Origin: an uncultured bacterium
Lineage (GTDB): Bacteria; CSSED10-310; CAZUFC01
Direction: 5' to 3'
Assembly (NCBI GenBank): GCA_964619725.1
Contig: CAZUFC010000057.1
Span: 1 to 51,441 of the forward strand
Length of the DNA: 51,441 bases
The position numbers and the translations under genes were made by a program. Below are positions 18,918 through 29,280 of the stretch, one piece after another; within the stretch, counting starts at the first letter, position 1, and every line of letters begins with the position of its first letter. The notes under the pieces are model-generated. The model was not told the DNA's origin. It ran no database searches and was given only the letters and a program-made list of their open reading frames with translations.

Positions 18918-21476
18918 TCAGCGTTTTCGTTTCGGTTTGGTTCGTTTTGTCGGGGGGCATGAGTATGGATCGTCGGGCCAGTAGTGTTTGGGATAACGGC
19001 CTTTCATTTCTTTTTTAACTTCATGATAGGAGCTTTTCCAGAATCCGTCCAGGTTCTGAGTGATCTGCAAGGGTCTGCCGGCGGGCGACAGGAGATGCAG
19101 AAGCAGGTTAACTTTGCCTCCTGCAATGGCAGGCGTGTGCCTCAAGCCGAACATTTCCTGCAGCCTGACTGCCAGAACAGGTTTATCGCCGGTGTAGTCC
19201 ACAGGTCTTTTTGATCCGCTGGGAACAGTGATATGAGTCGGCGCCAGAGTATCAAGTTTTTGTTTTTGTCTGTAATCCAGCAGACCTGAAAGGATTGCGC
19301 AGAGGTCCAGACGTTTTAAGCTGTCGGCGCTCGTTATACCGATAAGGTATGGTCCGGCCCAGCTTTCCAGGTTTTTAAGCAACCCTTCATCGCTCATATC
19401 AGGCCATTCCGTTTCACCTTTTTCTTCATATTCAAACCGCCTGAGAAACTCAACTCTGTCCTTGAAAGACCTGGATTTTTTGTTCCAGGGCAGGCATTTC
19501 AATCCCAGCTCACGGATTCCTTCGATCATTGCTGCTGCAGCTCTTGCCGGGTCTATACCGGATAAAGGCGCCTTTTCCAGAACAAGATTCCGAAGCTTTT
19601 TCAAACGCAACGCTTCGACAGATTTTTTCTCGGAATTCCAATGTACTATTTCTTCGTTTTTTATCCTGTCGGCGAAAAACGATTCTATCTCGTCACACTC
19701 AAGAGGCGCCGCCAAAAAAATTCTGGCGTTGCGCCGGTCTCCGCCCATTGCCCCTACGGCTAAAAATGCAGCGTTGGCCAGTATGTCCTCAGGCGGCAGA
19801 AAGGCAGCCCGGCCTCCGGCTGTTTGGAATTGTCCGATTGTATCTGGTTTGGCTTTAGCGATGCGCTCTGGATAAGCCAGGGCCAGCATAGCGCCCGATT
19901 TATCCAGTTCTCTCGGAGTTACTTCCGGAAAACCTAGCCTTTTCATGCGCTTTATAGCGGCCTTGCGAGCGCGACGCAGGGCGCTCCTTTGTATTGAAAA
20001 GCCTCCTGGAGAAGAAGGTCTTTCGTCTCGTTTCAACAAGAGTTTTAATCGTAATCTGATGTCACAGTCTCTCTTTTCTGATTTTGAAAAGCGAACGAAA
20101 TCCCGTTCATCCATTAGAGATGCGATATAACATGCCAGACCTCCCAGTCCATGATTCGCCGCTCTATAGATCATGTTGCTGAACCGGGGATGCATGGACA
20201 ATTTCGCCATCTTTTTGCCGTGAGGCGTAATGTGACCGTCGAGTTCATCGAGAGCGCCCAATTCCGTGAGCAATTCCCGCGCTTGTTGGACGGCATGTCT
20301 AGGCGGTGAATCAATCCATTGGAGCTGTTCCGGGTCTGTAGCGCCCCATTGAGCCGTCTCGAGAACCAACGGAACCAGGTCGGTGTTTAGTATTTCCGGT
20401 GAGGTGAAAGGTATCAGCGTTTTTTGTCTTCCCCGGGTCCACATGCGATAGCAGGCGCCGAGGCCTGTTCGTCCGGCGCGACCACGACGCTGTTCCGCAC
20501 AGGCCTGTGAAACAGTCTGCGTAACCAGTCGCGTCATACCGCTTGATGCATCAAATCGGGGAACGCGCATCAATCCGCTGTCCACAACCGTTTTTATATC
20601 TTCTATCGTTAAGCTGGTCTCCGCCACCGATGTGGAAAGAACGATTTTTCTCATACCTGAAGCAGCCGGTAATACGGCCCGATCCTGGAGATGCTTCGGC
20701 AAATCCCCGTAAAGCGGACAAATCATTATCGACGAACCCTCTATACTTTCCTGAAGAAGCTTTTGCACCCGGCGGATTTCTCCGCCTCCCGGAAGAAAAA
20801 CGAGGATTCCTCCCTCCTGGTCTTCCAGAGCCCGTAATATGTTGCGGAAAGTAAGATTGATTACGTGATCTTTCCTGTACTTTTCACGGGACAGGTAATA
20901 TGTCTCAACTGGATATATCCGGCCCCGCTGTTCTATTACGGGCGCTTTGCCCAGAAGCTCAGCCGCCGGCGCCGCTTCCATCGTCGCAGACATCACCAAT
21001 GTCCGCAATTCAGGAATTAAAGCCTTACGAGCATCCAAACATAATGCGAGACTCAAATCGGAATGAATGCTGCGCTCGTGAAACTCGTCAAAAATAACCG
21101 CGCCGATTCCCTCCAAGCCGGGATCATTCTGTAAATATCGCACTAACATGGCTTCCGTTACGGTCAGTATCCGGGTCCTCTCGCTGAAACAACGGTCCTG
21201 CCGGATATGATAACCCACCGTGTCGCCGACTTCTTCCCCCAGAATATCCGCCATCCGGCTCGCCGCCATTCGGGCAGCCAGTCGTCGCGGCTCCAGCATG
21301 ACTATTCTCTTCCCGCCAAGCCAGGATTCTTCCAGCAGAGCAAGCGGAACCACAGTAGTCTTGCCCGCTCCCGGAGCCGCCTGGACGACCGCAGAACCCC
21401 TCTCAGACAACGCTTCCCGGATCAATTTCAAAACCGGAACGATCGGTAACTCTCTTACTCTGTTCATCCAGTTCAA
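18918..21476 (-). CDS. hrpB: ATP-dependent RNA helicase HrpB
   Basis: APGAGKTT, DEFHER, MSAT, QRRGRAGR, C-terminal KGRYPKHYWP. Confidence 0.97.
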   Translation of the reverse strand: MNWMNRVRELPIVPVLKLIREALSERGSAVVQAAPGAGKTTVVPLALLEESWLGGKRIVMLEPRRLAARMAASRMADILGEEVGDTVGYHIRQDRCFSERTRILTVTEAMLVRYLQNDPGLEGIGAVIFDEFHERSIHSDLSLALCLDARKALIPELRTLVMSATMEAAPAAELLGKAPVIEQRGRIYPVETYYLSREKYRKDHVINLTFRNILRALEDQEGGILVFLPGGGEIRRVQKLLQESIEGSSIMICPLYGDLPKHLQDRAVLPAASGMRKIVLSTSVAETSLTIEDIKTVVDSGLMRVPRFDASSGMTRLVTQTVSQACAEQRRGRAGRTGLGACYRMWTRGRQKTLIPFTSPEILNTDLVPLVLETAQWGATDPEQLQWIDSPPRHAVQQARELLTELGALDELDGHITPHGKKMAKLSMHPRFSNMIYRAANHGLGGLACYIASLMDERDFVRFSKSEKRDCDIRLRLKLLLKRDERPSSPGGFSIQRSALRRARKAAIKRMKRLGFPEVTPRELDKSGAMLALAYPERIAKAKPDTIGQFQTAGGRAAFLPPEDILANAAFLAVGAMGGDRRNARIFLAAPLECDEIESFFADRIKNEEIVHWNSEKKSVEALRLKKLRNLVLEKAPLSGIDPARAAAAMIEGIRELGLKCLPWNKKSRSFKDRVEFLRRFEYEEKGETEWPDMSDEGLLKNLESWAGPYLIGITSADSLKRLDLCAILSGLLDYRQKQKLDTLAPTHITVPSGSKRPVDYTGDKPVLAVRLQEMFGLRHTPAIAGGKVNLLLHLLSPAGRPLQITQNLDGFWKSSYHEVKKEMKGRYPKHYWPDDPYSCPPTKRTKPKRKR

Positions 21477-21654
21477 TTCTAATCATTCCCGATCATTGAT
21501 ATTCCACAATTTCAATTCATTTCAATCAATCAGTCATTTCAAACGGACGTTCGCATTGAACGCGTCCTTATCCTACATGCTGTAAATATTTTTATAAACA
21601 GTTCGAGTTTTGCATTTCTTTTGGAATTCCGTAAAAATGATATTCCAGGGGGTG

Positions 21655-22524
21655 ATGATGCTCAGGGAAGTCTTACGTTTGTCCATATTGTTTCTGTTGA
21701 TTACACCGTTTTCTTTTACGGCAAAAGGCGAAAACTTGAAAATAGCCTTTCTTCCATCCTGGGGAGAAAGCTGGGATGATCCTCGACTGGTATATTCCGG
21801 GCTGGCGGAAAACTGGGAAGAATATGGGCGTTTTGAGCCGGATTTCTATCCCGTGGATCAACCCATAACCGAGGCGGCCCTCGTCCAAATAGAGCCGGAC
21901 ATCATTTTGATCAGCAATCCCAGCGGCGGCAACCATACTTATACGGAACAGGAAAAAAACGTCATCGCCGACTATCTGTCGTCAAGCAGCGCCGGGCTTC
22001 TGGGTACATTCAAATTTAATCATTCGTTCTACCTTTACGACAATTCTTTTCTCATGGAATTGTTCGGCGTCGACGGTTCTTTTCTGACGGTCTGGGACGT
22101 ATGTACATCAGGTTTTTACGATCTGCTTATACCCGAACATCCGCTTTTTTATTCCTGTGACGACCCGTTTCGAACGCGAGGGTTTCCATGCTCTCAGGAA
22201 ATCGATGCCGAATCCTGGCACGAAGTGATCTGCGAGCCGGCTTTTATAGCCGCAGAATCGCCGGACGGCGCTGCCGTTATGATAATAAAAGATGAACCTT
22301 ATCGCAGCTTCTATTGCAGCTCCATGCCGGATTACTGCGATGAGACGCCGGGTGATAATAGATTGATGTATAATGCTCTGGTTTGGCTGGGCGGACATGA
22401 TCCCCGTCCCCCGATTCCTTCTGTTTCCTGTTACGGCATTCTGATTTTGGTCATGCTTGCGACTCTGGAGATCGGACGAAACGAGCTGAAACGGAAAAAT
22501 AATCAACGCATATCCAGAAGATAA
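21655..22524 (+). CDS. Secreted protein (possible GATase-like alpha/beta domain) with IPTL-CTERM-like anchor
   Basis: Signal peptide; RLMYNALVWL near the domain end; IPSVSCYG-TM-basic tail; start approximate. Confidence 0.72.
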   Translation: MMLREVLRLSILFLLITPFSFTAKGENLKIAFLPSWGESWDDPRLVYSGLAENWEEYGRFEPDFYPVDQPITEAALVQIEPDIILISNPSGGNHTYTEQEKNVIADYLSSSSAGLLGTFKFNHSFYLYDNSFLMELFGVDGSFLTVWDVCTSGFYDLLIPEHPLFYSCDDPFRTRGFPCSQEIDAESWHEVICEPAFIAAESPDGAAVMIIKDEPYRSFYCSSMPDYCDETPGDNRLMYNALVWLGGHDPRPPIPSVSCYGILILVMLATLEIGRNELKRKNNQRISRR

Positions 22525-22557
22525 ATTTAAATTGGAATCGAGTTTATGGACAGGCTC
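22506..22557. repeat. Degenerate family B mini-element overlapping the CDS end
   Basis: ...ATCCAG..AAATTTAA..ATCGAGTTTATGGACAGGCT. Confidence 0.55.
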
Positions 22558-22649
22558 TAATTATAATCTCTGAATCGTTTAAGGATTTCCTGCTTCATCA
22601 GGCAACCGCTCAACCGGCTTTCAGGTTCATGCACAACTCTTCCGGCTTT

Positions 22650-25268
22650 TCACTTGCCTCCGTATTGTTCTTCTACCCACTGCTTTTCATCCTTTTTGGT
22701 TTTAAGTTTTCCTTTGAATTTTTCTTTCAGCAGTTGATTCAGTATAAGTGAAAATTTCGGACCGGGGTCGAATCCCATTTCAATGAGGTCTCTGCCGCTC
22801 ATGAGAACCTGCTTTTTGCGCAAATTGGTAAGGTAGTGTGAGATAATTCTTTTTTGATCGTCATTTTCGAGCAGGGCCATTGTGAAAACGACGGAGTGGA
22901 TATTGCATTGATGAAGAGCATAAAATATTTCGTGCCTTTCGAGATTATTGCGGAAAGAATGAATTATGCTCTTCGCATCACGATAATATCTCAGGAGATC
23001 GGAGATGGATTTTTTGGAGAATTCGAAATAAGCAAGCGTCTGGTTGACTTGTTGTGATGAAAGAGGTTTAAGGAACATAGCGAGATTAATGCGCCAGGTT
23101 TCAAGACGTTCTTCGTTGAATTGGAGTCTGAACCAGGTGAGCGTTTTTTCCAGTTCCTGGAATGATTCGCACAGGTTAGGGGTCAATTTCAGGTCCTGGT
23201 TGATGAACTGAAGAAGAGATAGTTCCTGCAGGCGTTTAAGTGCATCCAGCGGTGAATTTTGCTTGAGGATAGCTTTGAGTTCGGTTGAGATTCGTCTTCC
23301 TCTTATGGCGCTGAAGACATTACTTGAGACGGCAGTTTTGATGAAGTTCAGCGTTTGAGCGCCTATTTCGAAACCGAAGCGCTGCTCGAACCTGACAGCG
23401 CGAAAAGCCCTGGTGGGGTCTTCTATGAAACTCAATCCGTGAAGGACTCGGATTATGCCCTCTTTCAAATCTTTCTGTCCGGAATAATAGTCGTACAATC
23501 GACCGAATTTAACCTTGTTAAGGCATATAGCCATAGCATTGATGGTGAAATCTCTTCTGTAAAGGTCCTGTTTGATGCTGCTGCCGGTTTCCACGGTAGG
23601 AACAGCGCCCGGTTTATCGTAAAACTCCGTTCGTGCTGTTGCAACGTCGATCCTTATCCCGTCCGGCAACTCGATGGATGCGGTGTTGAATTTCCTGTGA
23701 AAACGCCAATCGGCCTTCAGACGTTTTGCTGTATGCTTCGCCAACCGAATGCCGTCTCCTTCCACGACGATGTCTATATCCTCGTTATCTTCCCGCAGCA
23801 AAATATCCCTGACTATGCCTCCGGCAAGATAGACCCTGTAACCGAGCCGGTCAGCGACTTCCTGAACCACAATAATGAGCTCCCATATCCGGGAAGATAA
23901 TCGTTCTCTCATGATCGTCAGCACGTTTTTCTTTATCGCTTTTTGGGAACCCCTGTCCGCCTCCTCCTTCTCCTCGCTGCCTTTCTCATGGAAGTATCGC
24001 AATATATCCATTCTTGTTATCAAACCCACAACTTCGCGACCTTCGACAACGGGAAGGAATTTCAGCCTGTTTTCTACTATTTTTGAAACGACTTCTTCGA
24101 TTTCAGTTTTCCTTGAAACATAAACGACGTCTGTCGTCATATAGTCTTTGACTATGCAGGCGTCCAGGCCGTGAGACAACGCTTTGTCGGCCGTCTGCCT
24201 GGTTATGAAGCCTTTCAATTTGTCGTTTTCTTCTACGGGCAGAGCGTTGACGCTGTACCGGTTCATCGTATCCACGCTTTGCTTGATGGTGGCGTTTGAC
24301 GCCAGCGTCTGGATTGAAGAGGTCATAAGGTCTTCAGCGAATTCGAGCGGTTGAACGATATTCTTTATAACCCGCAAAAGTTCTTCTTCGACTTCCACCA
24401 GGGTCTTATTCCGGATAACGGCAGATGCAGCCGTCTGATGACCTCCGCCGTCGAAATGCGCCGCTGCTTTACCTACGTCCAGTTCCGGCCCGCGGCTTCT
24501 TCCCACCAGAAATATACGGCTTCCCATTCGTACCAGAGCAAAATAGTAATGAAAGCCTTCCATATCCACCAATTTATGCACCAGGACAGCCAGGTCAGCG
24601 ATATAATCGTCTCGTGAAGCCGTCGATATGACGACTTTTAAGCCGCCGAACCGGTGTTCCGTGCATGATTCGATCAGATCATTCAGAAGAGAAACCTGTT
24701 GGGTGGTCAATTCAATTTTGACGTAATCTGAAACGATACTCAAGTCAGCGCCCCATCTGAGCAAAGCCGCCGCCGCTTCCATATCCCTGGGCGTCGTCGA
24801 GCGAAACGTCAGACACCCCGTATCCTCATATATCCCCATCATCGCCAGTGTTGACTCAGCCGCAGAAAGCCGCCGGCCCTGCTTTTGAAACAACTCAACC
24901 AGCAATGTAACCGTCGCTCCCGTTTCGTCCCGGACTTCTTCGTCGCTCGCCTTCAAATCTTCATCCGTGCGAGGATGATGATCATATATTGAAAGAGGTA
25001 TGTTTTTCTTTTTTATGACTTCCGCAAAATCTCCTATCCTGGATGCCAGTCCGGTGTCCGCTATGATCAGCTTGCTGACGGATTCCATGTCCACTTTGCT
25101 TACCGTCTTGTAGGGTATCATGTCGTCATGCTTCTCCAGAAAAGATCGAACGTTCTTCTCCTGTGAACCGGAAAAAACCAGAACAGCTTCCGGGTATATC
25201 TTTTTCAGCAGCAACATGGATGCGGTACAATCGAAGTCAGCGTTTATATGGCCGGTAATTACCTGCAT
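22650..25268 (-). CDS. cca: tRNA nucleotidyltransferase (CCA- or A-adding) fused to DHH/DHHA1 and CBS domains
   Basis: HINADFD, YDHH, GGGH, two CBS domains, GGIVRD..DIDIV, RRDFTINAMA, EDPTR. Confidence 0.9.
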   Translation of the reverse strand: MQVITGHINADFDCTASMLLLKKIYPEAVLVFSGSQEKNVRSFLEKHDDMIPYKTVSKVDMESVSKLIIADTGLASRIGDFAEVIKKKNIPLSIYDHHPRTDEDLKASDEEVRDETGATVTLLVELFQKQGRRLSAAESTLAMMGIYEDTGCLTFRSTTPRDMEAAAALLRWGADLSIVSDYVKIELTTQQVSLLNDLIESCTEHRFGGLKVVISTASRDDYIADLAVLVHKLVDMEGFHYYFALVRMGSRIFLVGRSRGPELDVGKAAAHFDGGGHQTAASAVIRNKTLVEVEEELLRVIKNIVQPLEFAEDLMTSSIQTLASNATIKQSVDTMNRYSVNALPVEENDKLKGFITRQTADKALSHGLDACIVKDYMTTDVVYVSRKTEIEEVVSKIVENRLKFLPVVEGREVVGLITRMDILRYFHEKGSEEKEEADRGSQKAIKKNVLTIMRERLSSRIWELIIVVQEVADRLGYRVYLAGGIVRDILLREDNEDIDIVVEGDGIRLAKHTAKRLKADWRFHRKFNTASIELPDGIRIDVATARTEFYDKPGAVPTVETGSSIKQDLYRRDFTINAMAICLNKVKFGRLYDYYSGQKDLKEGIIRVLHGLSFIEDPTRAFRAVRFEQRFGFEIGAQTLNFIKTAVSSNVFSAIRGRRISTELKAILKQNSPLDALKRLQELSLLQFINQDLKLTPNLCESFQELEKTLTWFRLQFNEERLETWRINLAMFLKPLSSQQVNQTLAYFEFSKKSISDLLRYYRDAKSIIHSFRNNLERHEIFYALHQCNIHSVVFTMALLENDDQKRIISHYLTNLRKKQVLMSGRDLIEMGFDPGPKFSLILNQLLKEKFKGKLKTKKDEKQWVEEQYGGK

Positions 25269-25271
25269 GAC

Positions 25272-26165
25272 TCACGACCGGGGGTGGTAATCGTCTATTA
25301 TCTTTTTCAAACGCTCCTGGGTCACATGCGTATAAATTTCCGTGGCGGAAATATCCGTATGCCCCAGCAAAACCTGAAGAGAACGAAGATCAGCGCCCCT
25401 CTCCAGCATGTGAGTCGCAAAAGAGTGACGAAGCGTATGCGGTGACACGTTTTTTGATATGCCGGCTGTCAGCGCGTACTTTTTGATCTTTTTCCAGAAA
25501 CCCTGGCGAGTCATTGGGCGACCGAATCTGTTCAAAAAAAGAAAAACAGACGCTCCGCCTCTTAGAAGCTCCTTGCGGCCTGAACGCATGTATTTCCGTA
25601 CATAACGGTCAGCGGATTCTCCCACCGGCACGATGCGCTCCTTGGAACCCTTGCCCATACAGCGTATATATCTTATCTCCTCGTTGTAATTTTCGCATTT
25701 TAACTTCACCAGTTCACTGACCCTTAATCCCGTCGCATACAACAATTCAAGCATAGCACGGTCACGGATGCCGACAGCGTCTTCCATATCCGGCTGCTCA
25801 AACAAACTGTCGACCTCTCTCAATGTCAAAAAACCCGGCAATCTCCGCCAATGTCCGGGAAGCTCAATATTTATCGTCGGATCGGTCCCGGTGATCTGCT
25901 CTGCGGTCAGAAATTGAAAAAAACTGCGCACCGATACCATTTTACGCACTATGGAACGTGCTTGTAAGCCGCTTTCCTTCAAATGCTTTAAATATTCCAG
26001 AATATCCGATTCCCTAACCTTTTTCAGTTCGTCGATTCCCCGATCCTCAAGAAAAAGAAGCGCTTTGCCGGCATCGCTGTTGTATGCTTCAATCGTGTTC
26101 TGCGATAGCCCCTTTTCAATGCTCAGCCAATTGGTGTAATCATTTAAAAAAGATTCGAACTTCAT
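25272..26165 (-). CDS. xerD: Site-specific tyrosine recombinase XerD
   Basis: LYATGLRVSEL, GKGSKER, TRQGFW, HTLRHSFATH, LLGH, TEIYTHV, YHPR. Confidence 0.93.
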   Translation of the reverse strand: MKFESFLNDYTNWLSIEKGLSQNTIEAYNSDAGKALLFLEDRGIDELKKVRESDILEYLKHLKESGLQARSIVRKMVSVRSFFQFLTAEQITGTDPTINIELPGHWRRLPGFLTLREVDSLFEQPDMEDAVGIRDRAMLELLYATGLRVSELVKLKCENYNEEIRYIRCMGKGSKERIVPVGESADRYVRKYMRSGRKELLRGGASVFLFLNRFGRPMTRQGFWKKIKKYALTAGISKNVSPHTLRHSFATHMLERGADLRSLQVLLGHTDISATEIYTHVTQERLKKIIDDYHPRS

Positions 26166-26349
26166 CGTAAAATGCCCGGATTTTGAATATGCCTGAGACA
26201 GTATTGCATATCGATTCGGCTTGCCGTTTCACTTGAAGCAAGGAACATAATATGTTCGCAGTTAGAAAAATTCTTGTATTGCAGAGAGATCGAAGAGAAA
26301 AAATGGTGGATGTCGAAGGCGATTCCTGATCCGTCTTAATGATATTATT

Positions 26350-27318
26350 TTATTCAGTCGCTTCGGGTTCCGCCGGAGCTTCCGGTTTTTTCTCCGGTTC
26401 AGTTTGCGTAGCGGGCTGATCCGTTACCTTTTTCGGTTTCCTTTTTTGTAAAAACGGAAATACTGGACCTTCCATTTCTTCGGGGTCGCCCTGGATCGCT
26501 GAAACCGCGCCTGAATGACCGAAATCTTTCAGCATGAAAGCAGATTCGTATTGCTCCGGTTCCTTTTTGGGCGCTTTCGTATTCTTCTTATTGATCGATT
26601 CAGTCTCCGACGTATGAATTACTTTTACCAATCCGCCGAATGGAACCTTGTCGGAACGCCAGTAGGCGGATGACGATTCAGTCGTGTCTTCTATATGAAT
26701 GAAACCAAGATTCACGCGGGATACGAATCTCTTTTCCAGGTTGAATTTTTCCGTTTCAAGGGTTTTTCCGTCAATTTCCATCGTCTCAGTACCTAAATTT
26801 TCTATCCTGGGTTCCGTTATGTTTTCAGCGTTTCCGAATCTTCGGGTTTTCCCGGATTCAACGAAATTCGGTATAAACTTTTTTATCTGAACTTCAGACA
26901 CCTTTTTCGGCGTTTCATCGTTTTGCTGTATTATGACCTGATTTACGTCATCCCAGAAGACGAAAGTCTCGTTATAGTCAATGTTTTCTTTTGGAGTGGT
27001 CAGCATTCTGGTAATAGACTTTCCGTCATCCGTTGTTTTGACCAGTTCGAGCCAGTAATAATCTTTGTCGTTAACTTTCTCCTTGCCGACAACGGCCACC
27101 TTGAGCGTACCTTCCGTCAAGTCAGCGTTTTCTTTAATTTTAATATCGTAAAGCGCCCAACTGCCGGTTTTAAAAACAGAGTCCTCCCCGGCTTCATTAT
27201 TATTTTCAGAAGTTTGCACGCACGCCGCCTGGTTGATGCAAAGTAACAATATTAGGCAGAATCCGATCATAAATGAATACTGTTTTCTGTTCATTAAATC
27301 AATCCTCCTTGGATTCAT
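26350..27318 (-). CDS. Hypothetical exported protein / probable lipoprotein
   Basis: Hydrophobic leader ending QAAC; G.WA.Y...YYWLE...VPFGGLVK beta-rich fold; acidic/Pro tail. Confidence 0.7.
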   Translation of the reverse strand: MNPRRIDLMNRKQYSFMIGFCLILLLCINQAACVQTSENNNEAGEDSVFKTGSWALYDIKIKENADLTEGTLKVAVVGKEKVNDKDYYWLELVKTTDDGKSITRMLTTPKENIDYNETFVFWDDVNQVIIQQNDETPKKVSEVQIKKFIPNFVESGKTRRFGNAENITEPRIENLGTETMEIDGKTLETEKFNLEKRFVSRVNLGFIHIEDTTESSSAYWRSDKVPFGGLVKVIHTSETESINKKNTKAPKKEPEQYESAFMLKDFGHSGAVSAIQGDPEEMEGPVFPFLQKRKPKKVTDQPATQTEPEKKPEAPAEPEATE

Positions 27319-27558
27319 CTAAGCAACCTCCGTTATTTTCGAATCGATGATCCCAGCCTGCCTGTCGCCGAATCGTAATGGCCCGTCTGATTTCATCTTA
27401 GTTATCGACTCTTGAAATAGAACTTCTGATTCGAACAGCCGCCTCTTCCATGCTGCTGCTTTTCGCGAATCAAAAACCGTCTTTTTTTGTAACATGTTCA
27501 CTAAAAAACTGTCAATCATGAATTACTGAGTAAAAAATTTAAATCAGCCAAGAGCGTT

Positions 27559-29265
27559 TTAACCGATTTCGGGTTCATGGGGAGCGCCTAACGATATTTC
27601 AAAGACAGAACAGGGCATGGTTATGTTCCAGTTTTCCAGAACCTGCGGATGAATCTCTCCTATAACGCCTGCTGATTCTGCATTGAAAACGATTTTTCCG
27701 GCTCTTCCCGGAAGAAAAGTCGAATTCTCGTGGTTTTCGAGTTCATATTGTATGTTAAGGTAATAGAAAAGCGTATCCAGGTATGTTTGAATTTCTGAGA
27801 ATCCTGCTTCCGGATGAGCAATGAGAGCGGCGCAATGAAATTCTGTTTTAGTCCCGTGTTTTTTGTTATGAGGAGCCGGCAGGACGACTTCACCCACTTC
27901 AAAAATCTTATGGGGATACGCTGCCGTCGAACTGGCGGATTCGACTGAGAGCAGGGAAGGCAGAATAGAGTCTCTCAGGGCGGAATAGGTTTCCGTCATG
28001 ACGTTTTCGACTTCGGCCAAGGTTATGTCTTCCCGGCGCATTTTATTCCGGTATTCATCCGGATTGCCGAGAATATTCGATATAATTTCTTCGAACCCGA
28101 ATCCGATCAGAAGGTCTCTGACTTTATTTGAAGTATGAGTAACGGCTTTAAAAGCGCCGATGGTGAATTGCGGGGGCATGAGCACTTCGAAGCTGTTGAA
28201 TCCGCGACTCATGGCATAATCTTCTATAACGTCCACGGGATGGAGATAATCTTGTCTGTATGGAGCTGTTTCCACCAGGAGAGCATTTTTGCCGTCCGAT
28301 TCTGAAACGTTGCATCCGTATTTTTCCAGCGTTTGAATCATTTCATTTTTGTCAGGTTTTTCACCCAGCAATTCGGCCGCCTGTGATATATCCAGCTCCA
28401 CTTTGTTTTGGAGAGGAAAAGGAGCTTTGACCCGGTGGCCTTCGGGAGTATCATAGGGATATTCGGTCATTATGGGTTCGATAATCGCTCCTCTATCCGC
28501 GAGATTAGCCGCCAATATATTCAACGACAGCATTAAAACTCGAAAATCCGTTCCCGTTCCTTCCACGAAAAGGTTCGAGTCCCCCACTTTCAATTCACCG
28601 GTAGTCCGGCTGTTTATGATGGGCGGCATTGAGAGAACGGCGCCTTTGGAGTCGGTCAGGAACGGTTTTTTTGAAAAAGCGTTCAGCAGGTGAGCGTATT
28701 CAATGCCTTTGGGATGTTCTTGGAGAATTTCGGAGAGCGTCATGGAACGGGAGTAGCCCAGAGGTATATATGAGGCGGAATGAGGATCAGCGGCCTGGTA
28801 ATTGACCGGCAAAGTGAGCATATCTGCGGAATAAATGCCGATGGCCGTGAGTTCTCTTTTGGCGCCGAAGTTTTCACAGAGTTTTTCCTGAGTTTGAATC
28901 AATTGAACCAGCAGTGGTTCGTCTATTTCAATACCGCCGGCTTTAAAAGCAGCGACATAAGGTCTTATTTTTTCCATTTCGGGATCGACTATGATCTTAT
29001 TATCCGCTTCAGGCTCCTTGTCGAAAAATGAGTAATCGGGTAAGGCGCCGCCGTCGTGTATCCGCAGTTGCCGGGCAATGCCTTCGGTACACCACAGATC
29101 AGGGCGATTGGTATCGTTCAGTTCTATGCGCAGTTCCCGCTCTTCTTCGTCATAACCTTTCAGTTCGCCTTTCACGAGCGATAACCGTTTTTCCAGTTCA
29201 TCCAGGTCGAGGAACTTTCCCATCAGGTTTTGTAGATCATCATATCCGCAAACTATCTTAGGCAT
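27559..29265 (-). CDS. pheT: Phenylalanine--tRNA ligase beta subunit, short archaeal/eukaryotic type
   Basis: NRPDLW, SMPPIINS, R.D.LHPVDVIED, GEIHP; 568 aa without the bacterial B2 and B8 domains. Confidence 0.95.
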   Translation of the reverse strand: MPKIVCGYDDLQNLMGKFLDLDELEKRLSLVKGELKGYDEEERELRIELNDTNRPDLWCTEGIARQLRIHDGGALPDYSFFDKEPEADNKIIVDPEMEKIRPYVAAFKAGGIEIDEPLLVQLIQTQEKLCENFGAKRELTAIGIYSADMLTLPVNYQAADPHSASYIPLGYSRSMTLSEILQEHPKGIEYAHLLNAFSKKPFLTDSKGAVLSMPPIINSRTTGELKVGDSNLFVEGTGTDFRVLMLSLNILAANLADRGAIIEPIMTEYPYDTPEGHRVKAPFPLQNKVELDISQAAELLGEKPDKNEMIQTLEKYGCNVSESDGKNALLVETAPYRQDYLHPVDVIEDYAMSRGFNSFEVLMPPQFTIGAFKAVTHTSNKVRDLLIGFGFEEIISNILGNPDEYRNKMRREDITLAEVENVMTETYSALRDSILPSLLSVESASSTAAYPHKIFEVGEVVLPAPHNKKHGTKTEFHCAALIAHPEAGFSEIQTYLDTLFYYLNIQYELENHENSTFLPGRAGKIVFNAESAGVIGEIHPQVLENWNITMPCSVFEISLGAPHEPEIG

Positions 29266-29280
29266 TTCAACACCTCATAT

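Noticed and set aside
25272-26165. Integron or prophage integrase
   Set aside because: Typical XerD length and motifs, no IntI-specific insertion, housekeeping neighbours, and no phage genes or attC pattern.
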